Below are positions 1 through 4,609 of a stretch of DNA of 4,609 nt, one piece after another. The position numbers and the translations under genes are program-made. Position 1 is the stretch's first letter. Each line of letters opens with the position of its first letter. The notes under the pieces are model-generated. The model was not told where the DNA came from. It saw only the letters and a program-made list of their open reading frames with translations, and searched no databases. Origin of the DNA: a virus (Duplodnaviria > Heunggongvirae > Uroviricota > Caudoviricetes); the IMG/VR virus record IMGVR_UViG_2703718809_000009; one strand, 5' to 3'.

Positions 1-177
1 TGCCAGTTCGTCAAGCTGGCTGTCTCCCAGCCATACAGGCGGGACGTTATCACCAGCAAGTCGCCCGTCCTGTTCCTGCCACTGTTTCGCGTGCGCCCAG
101 GCATCACTACCCGCAAAGATGATTACCTCTGTCATTTTGTCGTGCGGCTGTTTTTTCAGATTCGGTGCCAGTTTCAT
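1..177 (-). CDS. Hypothetical protein, N-terminal 59 codons only (continues beyond window start); possibly the start of a larger replication-type gene
   Basis: ATG at 177..175 overlaps the TGA stop (176..174) of the upstream gene in an ATGA arrangement. The frame stays open to position 1 (MKLAPNLKKQPHDKMTEVIIFAGSDAW...). Not in the ORF track because it is truncated by the window edge. Function is unknown; the replication-gene suggestion is only by analogy with P4-like layouts. Confidence 0.5.
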   Translation of the reverse strand, partial: MKLAPNLKKQPHDKMTEVIIFAGSDAWAHAKQWQEQDGRLAGDNVPPVWLGDSQLDELA

Positions 178-473
178 TTTTTGCCCCTGAATGCGTTAAT
201 CATGCTTTTCATTTTCTGAATATTTGCCCGTGCCTTTGCGTTGCTGGTGGGCTGTTTGCGTGGTGTGGACTGTATCAGTGAAAAATCACGCCGGAACTGA
301 TAAACAGGCATCACACAGTCATAGCCGTACCCATCACGGCGGTAAGTAACGCACCGTCCCGCCACGCTTTTAATCGTTACCGTGCCGCCGTAGTTATCCC
401 GGAAAATATCGCCGGGGCGGATTTCAGGCCGAGCGGGGCCGCTGGCAGTAAAGCCAGAATTTTTCTTTTTCAT
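174..473 (-). CDS. Small phage protein, DUF4222-like (99 aa)
   Basis: ATG at 473..471 with GGAG 9 nt upstream. The translation contains PGDIFRDNYGGTVTIKSVAGRCVTYRRDGYGYDCVMPVYQFRRDF, which fits my recollection of the DUF4222 small-domain pattern (PG..RD..G..VT....R.GY..C...F). Stop overlaps the next start. Confidence 0.6.
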   Translation of the reverse strand: MKKKNSGFTASGPARPEIRPGDIFRDNYGGTVTIKSVAGRCVTYRRDGYGYDCVMPVYQFRRDFSLIQSTPRKQPTSNAKARANIQKMKSMINAFRGKK

Positions 474-479
474 GTTTTT

Positions 480-698
480 TTACTCCAGAGGCCGCTTTTT
501 AGCGAAGAGTTCAATATCAGATGTCAGAGAAACCTGTGTATTTGCCAGGTCTAACAACAAAGAAATAAGAATTTCCTCTCTGCTATCTGATTTATCGGTG
601 CTAAGGCTGTTCATCCACATATTGACGACTTCCCTGATTTTTTTCGCAGAGTGCAGGGCTTCAAATGCCAGGTCTTCAATATCATGTTTATTTCGCAT
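480..698 (-). CDS. Hypothetical small protein (72 aa)
   Basis: ATG at 698..696 (MRNKHDIEDLAFEALH...), with a G-rich stretch upstream. The ORF-track version (480..764) starts further upstream, but the 698 ATG sits 11 nt from the stop of the preceding gene (688..690), consistent with translational coupling. No family recognised. Confidence 0.5.
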   Translation of the reverse strand: MRNKHDIEDLAFEALHSAKKIREVVNMWMNSLSTDKSDSREEILISLLLDLANTQVSLTSDIELFAKKRPLE

Positions 699-900
699 AA
701 TCGCCCCCGCGTAACTGGTCTGCACTAACACCCGATTTAGTGAGCATTTCAGAAAATCCCGCAAGAGTGCTGATAAATTCGTTTTCCATTAAACGGCACT
801 GGCATTTAACCCGGCCTTTTTCCAGATACACCAGTACGCGCCCCGTATAATCTGACGGCACATTCAGCACTACAGATAAGTGCGCTTCATTATTATTCAT
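688..900 (-). CDS. Hypothetical small protein (70 aa)
   Basis: ATG at 900..898 preceded by a strong SD (GGAGGTGG, reverse complement of 903-910). ATGAATAA overlap with the stop of the upstream gene. No family recognised. Confidence 0.55.
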   Translation of the reverse strand: MNNNEAHLSVVLNVPSDYTGRVLVYLEKGRVKCQCRLMENEFISTLAGFSEMLTKSGVSADQLRGGDYAK

Positions 901-1129
901 GGCTCACCACCTCCATATCAGCCATGATAATTTTGCTGGCCTCATTCAGTGCCATATCAGCACTAAGTTGCATTACAGCCAGTGAATGAGGAACGAAAGC
1001 CCCGGCATATTCTGTTTCACTGGTAGCGTGCTTATGCGCCCTGTCCGCGATAACAGAAATATCAATCAGTGCATCAATCAGTGTTTTGATTGCTTCGGCG
1101 GCTGCGTCCGGACGGGTGTTATTGCACAT
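893..1129 (-). CDS. Hypothetical small protein (78 aa)
   Basis: ATG at 1129..1127 preceded by AGGGGG. Overlaps the stop of the Icd-like gene (1119..1121) by 11 nt. No family recognised. Confidence 0.55.
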   Translation of the reverse strand: MCNNTRPDAAAEAIKTLIDALIDISVIADRAHKHATSETEYAGAFVPHSLAVMQLSADMALNEASKIIMADMEVVSHE

Positions 1130-1487
1130 GGTGCACCCCCTGACGAATACGGGCGGCGAATATCATCACGCAGCCAGTTGGGGATTGTTGGCGGGCTTCC
1201 TGTTCGCTGGCGGCCTCGATGTGTATTACGCGTGGTTGTGCGGTGCTCAGGGCGATAAAACGCCAGATGAAATTGTTTTCGCATTTCTGAATAAACAGCG
1301 TGTTTTCTTCACGCCCTTTCCAGAAAGCCGCAGTATAGCCCATCTCCTTAACCATCTTGCGGGCATCAACCAGCGTGTCAGCGGCAACATGTACCGTAGT
1401 TGCTCCATCTGCCATGCGGTCGTGGTGTAGTGCCACAAAGGTGTATATAAATTTAGGGTGAGTTTGGGTATGCTGTGTTCCAGCCAT
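1119..1487 (-). CDS. Icd-like (host cell division inhibitor family) phage protein, 122 aa; first gene of the leftward operon
   Basis: ATG at 1487..1485 with SD GAGGT (reverse complement of 1495-1499) at ideal spacing. Translation MAGTQHTQTHPKFIYTFVALHHDR... resembles the Icd-like small proteins of P4-type elements as I recall them. The ORF-track entry 1119..2036 is an implausible upstream extension that runs through the operator repeats and antisense to the RHH gene. Confidence 0.55.
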   Translation of the reverse strand: MAGTQHTQTHPKFIYTFVALHHDRMADGATTVHVAADTLVDARKMVKEMGYTAAFWKGREENTLFIQKCENNFIWRFIALSTAQPRVIHIEAASEQEARQQSPTGCVMIFAARIRQGVHHVQ

Positions 1488-1518
1488 AATCGTTACCTCG
1501 TTTAACGGTTTGGTTAGA

Positions 1519-1560
1519 AGCCCGGTTAGTGTTCGCGCACTGCCGGGTTTCGTCGTTTTT
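1519..1560 (+). terminator. Terminator-like GC-rich hairpin plus T-tract on the + strand, lying inside the leader of the minus-strand operon
   Basis: cccggttagtg (1521-1531) pairs with cactgccggg (1538-1547): about 10 bp with one bulge, loop ttcgcg, followed by tttcgtcgttttt (1548-1560). There is no + strand gene upstream to terminate, so its role is uncertain. Confidence 0.35.
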
Positions 1561-1573
1561 ATGAATCGATCAT

Positions 1574-1676
1574 TGTGAGATACATAGCGACCATAATGTG
1601 AGATATACATTATATTGTGGTGATATACATTGCAAGTGTTTTTATATCTCACTTTTGTGTATAGTGATATACACAT
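1574..1676. promoter_or_regulatory. Divergent promoter/operator region with an array of GTGA(G)ATATACAT-like repeats
   Basis: Direct copies at 1575-1586 (gtgagatacata), 1598-1610 (gtgagatatacat), 1620-1630 (gtgatatacat) and 1664-1676 (gtgatatacacat); inverted half-site tatatctcac at 1643-1652. Start-to-start spacing 23, 22 and 44 bp. A perfect TATAAT on the minus strand (1614..1609) overlaps the second repeat, and a palindromic TTGCAA sits at 1630-1635. Confidence 0.5.
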
Positions 1677-1695
1677 AACAAATTGGTGATTAACT

Positions 1696-1998
1696 ATGTC
1701 TGTATACAAAAATGCAAAATCGCAAATGACAACGATCAGGGTTCCCCACGATGTTATGGAGGGCATGGAATCCGTAAAACTGGACGGCGAAAGCAACGCC
1801 GGATTCATAGTAACCGCCATGCGCGGTGAGATCGCCCGCCGCCAGGCAGAAGGAAGCGGAGAAAATCCCCTCGTGTCTTCACTGGATGCCTTAGCTAAGG
1901 TCGAACAAATCGGCATCAAGGCAGCGGAGGAAATCGGGCAACTCGTAGCCGTCGCTCGTGAAGAACTCCAGCGGCGTAAAGCCAAAGAATCTGAATAA
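1696..1998 (+). CDS. Ribbon-helix-helix (CopG/Arc-like) putative transcriptional regulator, 100 aa
   Basis: ATG at 1696 with GGTGA 6 nt upstream. The N-terminal segment TTIRVPHDVMEGMESVKLDGESNAGFIVTAMRGEIARRQ fits a beta-strand / helix / G-x-S-N turn / helix layout, followed by a charged C-terminal tail. Divergent from the Icd-like operon across the repeat array. An alternative start at the ATG at 1726 is possible. Confidence 0.65.
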   Translation: MSVYKNAKSQMTTIRVPHDVMEGMESVKLDGESNAGFIVTAMRGEIARRQAEGSGENPLVSSLDALAKVEQIGIKAAEEIGQLVAVAREELQRRKAKESE

Positions 1999-2007
1999 TT
2001 AGTATCA

Positions 2008-2034
2008 GCGCCGTGATGTGAGTAACTACGGCGC
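2008..2034 (+). other. Weak hairpin downstream of the RHH gene (7-bp stem gcgccgt/acggcgc, 13-nt loop)
   Basis: Inverted repeat 2008-2014 / 2028-2034, 10 nt after the TAA stop at 1996-1998. No clear U-tract follows, so terminator function is uncertain. Confidence 0.2.
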
Positions 2035-2348
2035 ATTGCTATGTAAATACTGGCAATAAACAGAAAAGGTAGTTCTACTCCGAATAATTTTATCTGACAC
2101 TACTCCTGAACTAACATGCGCTTATCTTACAGGATATAAATATAAATCCATAAAATCACGATTAAATAAAGTCGCTCCAAACATAAACCACACCCAACGC
2201 TTAACAAGATAGCAACAAACAGGTAAATAACTTGCAGAAATATTTATCGCAAGGATTATCATTATTAATGACAAATCACTTTACCAAGTCATTCCCCTCT
2301 CTTATCATAAAGAGAAAGTAATAAATAAGTTAAGGGAGTTAGAATGCT

Positions 2349-2885
2349 ATGAATCTAAAAAAAATAGCCACAAACACAAAAAACAAGATAACAGAAACAT
2401 TTAATAAACTTATATTAGAGGCATCTAAAACCCCCACACAAGATGAAATTAAAATACTTGAGAGAAGGAGCAAGAAGTTTAATTACTCCTTTTTCTCATA
2501 CGCAGTCACAGGAGCTATAATAGTTTTTTGCTCTCAACCATTAATTAAATACGCAAACCCAATACTTATTTTATTGAGTGGTCTGTTACTGTCTATCATC
2601 ATTATCATTCTCAGAATGATTTATATTTCACAAGCGAATGCATCATGGACAACCAAAAAACGCTCACATGTACTAGTTCATTTTCTTTCTGCATGTTTCA
2701 TAGCATCAACATTGACGTTGCTATATCAGGCTTACGATAATAACATCACACACAAATTGTACTGTAAAAATATACAACAACTTATTGAAAAAAGGATAGA
2801 AACAGAAAAAAACATCAGCATATTCAGTGGGATGCAATGCACCCCGGTATATGATTACTCTTTATTTGGATTTAATCTCTTATAA
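2349..2885 (+). CDS. Predicted small integral membrane protein (178 aa, about 3 TM segments) in AT-rich cargo; function unknown
   Basis: ATG at 2349 with SD AAGGGAG (2331-2337). Hydrophobic segments FFSYAVTGAIIVFCSQPLI, ILILLSGLLLSIIIIILRMIYI and HVLVHFLSACFIASTLTLLY are flanked by charged soluble N- and C-terminal regions. Codon usage is strongly A/T-biased and the local GC is far below the flanks (about 27% in a 60-nt sample I counted). No family recognised. Confidence 0.75.
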   Translation: MNLKKIATNTKNKITETFNKLILEASKTPTQDEIKILERRSKKFNYSFFSYAVTGAIIVFCSQPLIKYANPILILLSGLLLSIIIIILRMIYISQANASWTTKKRSHVLVHFLSACFIASTLTLLYQAYDNNITHKLYCKNIQQLIEKRIETEKNISIFSGMQCTPVYDYSLFGFNLL

Positions 2886-2893
2886 AGAATGTT

Positions 2894-2947
2894 ATTACTG
2901 ATTTGAGTACAAATTCTCAAATCAGTAATTCATAATATTTTATTCTG
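2894..2947. terminator. Probable bidirectional intrinsic terminator between the convergent cargo gene and alpA
   Basis: Perfect 14-bp inverted repeat attactgatttgag (2894-2907) / ctcaaatcagtaat (2916-2929) with 8-nt loop tacaaatt, followed on + by tcataatattttattctg and on - by a moderately U-rich run. The stem is AT-rich (4 GC pairs of 14). Confidence 0.5.
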
Positions 2948-2954
2948 AGATAAT

Positions 2955-3182
2955 TTAAACTACCCACTCACCTCGAATCCATGCCTGCACTTCTGAAAGA
3001 CGATATGCAACAGCAGTGGAACCAATCTTGATCCGCTTAGGAAATTTTCCTTCCTTCTCCAGCTTCCAGCGTGTGCTGTTCGCAAGAGTGGTTAGCTCCC
3101 GACATTCTTTCTCACGGATCATTCGGTCAATGTTAGGAATGTACTCCAGACCCTTTTTATCAACAATTGCCATTTTTTTCAT
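2955..3182 (-). CDS. alpA: AlpA-family phage regulatory protein (excisionase-like HTH DNA-binding protein), 75 aa
   Basis: ATG at 3182..3180, 1 nt after the int stop (TAA 3186..3184). Translation ...RELTTLANSTRWKLEKEGKFPKRIKIGSTAVAYRLSEVQAWI matches the characteristic AlpA/Vis-type helix-turn-helix pattern. The ORF-track start at 3191 is a TTG in the sequence, not ATG. Confidence 0.85.
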   Translation of the reverse strand: MKKMAIVDKKGLEYIPNIDRMIREKECRELTTLANSTRWKLEKEGKFPKRIKIGSTAVAYRLSEVQAWIRGEWVV

Positions 3183-3183
3183 G

Positions 3184-4419
3184 TTAACCAACCTTTTGTT
3201 TGAGGATTGTCACTTTTGAATCAGCACCTGCGATGCTATTGAGATATGTAGTCCAGAGTTCCAGAGCATCCAGTTTTTTAGCCATAAACTTACTCCGGTT
3301 GTAAACACCTGCCACGCCAGGTAGCGCATGGCCTAACAGTTGTTCTACTACATAAAATTCAACACCGAGATCACTTAGATGAGTAGATAGCGTTCTTCTA
3401 AGGTCGTGTAGTGACCATTGTTTTTCATGGCCCAAACGTTTACCGATTTTCCCCCCAATCTTGCTTACGCTTTCTCTAATTCGCAGACTTCCCAGCACAT
3501 AACCAGTATGTTTTGTCTCTTCGTGAACATCCGTTACCCACTGTCGTAGAATTTCAGGTACTGGTCTGACGATTTCAACACCAGTTTTTGAGTGATCTTT
3601 TGGTACAGTCCAAACCCAACTTTCGAGATCCCATTCGCTCCATTCTGATAATCGGGCTTCACTCATTCGACATCCAAATACTGTACAAAGCACAAACATT
3701 TTTCGCGTGTATTCAGACATTAGTTTTAAATCAGGCTCGACAAAAATTGCCTTCCAGAGCTGGCCGAGTTCGGCTTCATCCAGAACCCGATCCCGCTTAC
3801 CTGCAATCTGCCCCACATCACTCATGCGCAAATCCTTTAAAGCATCACACGTCGCGTACTGGCGTACCCGACAAAAACGAAGAGCTAATTTAGTGTCAGA
3901 AAAAACATACGCCGCCATAACTGGTGCATTACGTTTAATTCGGTCAAAACAGTCCAGCCATTCATATAGGTGAGTGTCATTTACGGGCAAATGACCGATA
4001 TAGGGAAAGATATGCTTTCGAAATCTGCCAAGCGTTACAGCATGAGTTTTACGACGCACCTTACAGTAATTTTCATACCAGTAATTTAGTGCATCCTCCA
4101 CTGTAACCGGCTTTAAGCGTTCTTCAGCCTGAATCTTAATCTGGATACGCGGATCACGTTTGTCAGCCAACCAACCACGGCACTCGTCGCGCTTTTCCCT
4201 TGCCTGTTTGAGTGACATATCAGGATATTTACCCAACGTTAGCCAGACCGGAGCAGCCCGGCCACCTGCTAACCTGTAGAAGAAAACAAAGCTCACAGCC
4301 CCTTTAGTACTCACACGAATAGAAAGCCCCTTTCCATCAGCAATGGTGATCTGCTTTTCTCTGGGTTTCCCCAGATATCCTTTAAGCGCTTTGTCGCTCA
4401 GTTTGTTCTCGCCAGCCAT
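3184..4419 (-). CDS. int: P4-type tyrosine integrase (site-specific recombinase, phage integrase family), 411 aa
   Basis: Start at ATG 4419..4417 (MAGENKLSDKALKGYLGKPREKQITIADGKGLSIRV...) preceded by GGGG; the ORF-track start at 4470 is a GTG extension. The N-terminus has the P4-int arm-binding domain pattern (...GKYPDMSLKQAREKRDE...). The C-terminus carries catalytic-domain motifs HDLRRT, LGH and the tyrosine in GVYNRS. Confidence 0.9.
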   Translation of the reverse strand: MAGENKLSDKALKGYLGKPREKQITIADGKGLSIRVSTKGAVSFVFFYRLAGGRAAPVWLTLGKYPDMSLKQAREKRDECRGWLADKRDPRIQIKIQAEERLKPVTVEDALNYWYENYCKVRRKTHAVTLGRFRKHIFPYIGHLPVNDTHLYEWLDCFDRIKRNAPVMAAYVFSDTKLALRFCRVRQYATCDALKDLRMSDVGQIAGKRDRVLDEAELGQLWKAIFVEPDLKLMSEYTRKMFVLCTVFGCRMSEARLSEWSEWDLESWVWTVPKDHSKTGVEIVRPVPEILRQWVTDVHEETKHTGYVLGSLRIRESVSKIGGKIGKRLGHEKQWSLHDLRRTLSTHLSDLGVEFYVVEQLLGHALPGVAGVYNRSKFMAKKLDALELWTTYLNSIAGADSKVTILKQKVG

Positions 4420-4434
4420 TTTTAGCCCCAAAAA

Positions 4435-4471
4435 GCAATACAAGCTGCAATACAGAGATGATTGCAACACA
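4435..4471. promoter_or_regulatory. Three direct GCAAYACA repeats immediately upstream of the int start codon (candidate regulator or arm-type binding sites in the int promoter region)
   Basis: gcaataca at 4435-4442 and 4447-4454, gcaacaca at 4464-4471; spacing 12 and 17 bp; 16-52 bp upstream of the int ATG. A palindromic ttgcaa lies at 4462-4467. Confidence 0.3.
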
Positions 4472-4609
4472 CAGATAACGAGGAAAATTCAGTGAAAGCA
4501 CCAGATAAACTTATTCTTTATTATCAAAATATTAAGTGTAAAAACCAGCAACTACACGAAAGCCTCAGAAAGCCATGCTAAGTGCTTCGGCTTGACATAT
4601 CCCGGCGTA

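Larger units (their letters stand above)
1..4609. mobile_element. Fragment of a P4-like integrative element / satellite prophage (int-alpA module, cargo, regulatory switch, small-gene operon); boundaries lie outside the window
   Basis: Gene content and order: P4-type tyrosine integrase and AlpA-family regulator adjacent on the minus strand, an AT-rich cargo insert, and a chain of small phage-type genes. No att site or tRNA is visible. Family assignments are from pattern recognition of the translations, not a database search. Confidence 0.7.

Noticed and set aside
472-714. 80-aa plus-strand ORF
   Set aside because: Antisense to the 72-aa minus-strand gene, with no RBS and odd composition; most likely a shadow ORF.
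1086-1430. 114-aa plus-strand ORF (also 986..1258 +) antisense to the Icd-like gene and the 78-aa gene
   Set aside because: It begins with a non-ATG codon (TTG at 1086), has no convincing SD, and lies opposite a chain of minus-strand genes with strong SDs and stop-start coupling. The + strand terminator-like hairpin downstream at 1521-1560 is a residual doubt, so I cannot fully exclude it.
1078-1438. Minus-strand ORFs 1078..1284 and 1247..1438 in alternative frames
   Set aside because: Both lie wholly inside the Icd-like gene in other frames, with Arg/Pro/Trp-rich translations typical of off-frame artefacts.
1574-1676. Possible CRISPR array suggested by the short direct repeats
   Set aside because: Repeats are only 11-13 bp, imperfect, with roughly 10 bp spacers, one copy inverted and no cas genes nearby. 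This is far more consistent with operator sites.
1119-2036. 305-aa minus-strand ORF from the ORF track
   Set aside because: Only the last 122 codons (from the ATG at 1487 with a strong SD) look genuine. The upstream extension is Ser/Arg-rich and low-complexity, crosses the repeat/promoter region and is antisense to the RHH gene, which has a recognisable fold signature.
2268-2321. 17-codon ORF (MTNHFTKSFPSLIIKRK) in the AT-rich leader
   Set aside because: Too short, with no SD; an ORF of this size is expected by chance in AT-rich DNA.
3183-3191. ORF-track start of alpA at 3191 (MVNMKK...)
   Set aside because: The codon at 3191..3189 is TTG in the sequence, and it would overlap the int stop. 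The ATG at 3182, immediately after the int stop, is the more economical start.
3016-3973. Plus-strand ORFs 3016..3219, 3588..3893 and 3707..3973
   Set aside because: All are antisense to alpA or the integrase, which have unambiguous family signatures; shadow ORFs.
4420-4470. N-terminal extension of the integrase (MLQSSLYCSLYCFLGLK...)
   Set aside because: It starts at a GTG (4470..4468), and the extension is hydrophobic and Cys-rich, unlike integrase N-termini. The ATG at 4419 gives the expected arm-domain N-terminus.
4560-4609. Possible tRNA or att fragment at the window end
   Set aside because: No tRNA-like arm or loop sequence is recognisable. A TTGACA hexamer at 4592-4597 is just a -35-like match with no context.

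Overview
This window looks like the integrase-proximal end of a P4-like satellite-phage / integrative island from an enterobacterium. I ran no searches, so every family name is recognition from the translated sequence. On the minus strand a P4-type tyrosine integrase (3184-4419) is followed 1 nt later by an AlpA-family regulator (2955-3182). Next comes a roughly 0.9 kb AT-rich cargo segment (about 2040-2950) carrying one 178-aa predicted membrane protein (2349-2885, + strand), closed by a perfect 14-bp palindrome. Left of that, a ribbon-helix-helix regulator (1696-1998, +) diverges from a leftward operon of six translationally coupled small genes (Icd-like, three hypotheticals, DUF4222-like, and a partial gene at the window edge). 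The 200-bp divergent control region holds four direct and one inverted copy of a GTGA(G)ATATACAT-like motif. The most interesting candidate is the lone membrane-protein cargo gene, a possible single-gene phage-exclusion determinant, though that is inference. No rRNA, tRNA or CRISPR array is visible, and the attachment site is not in the window.
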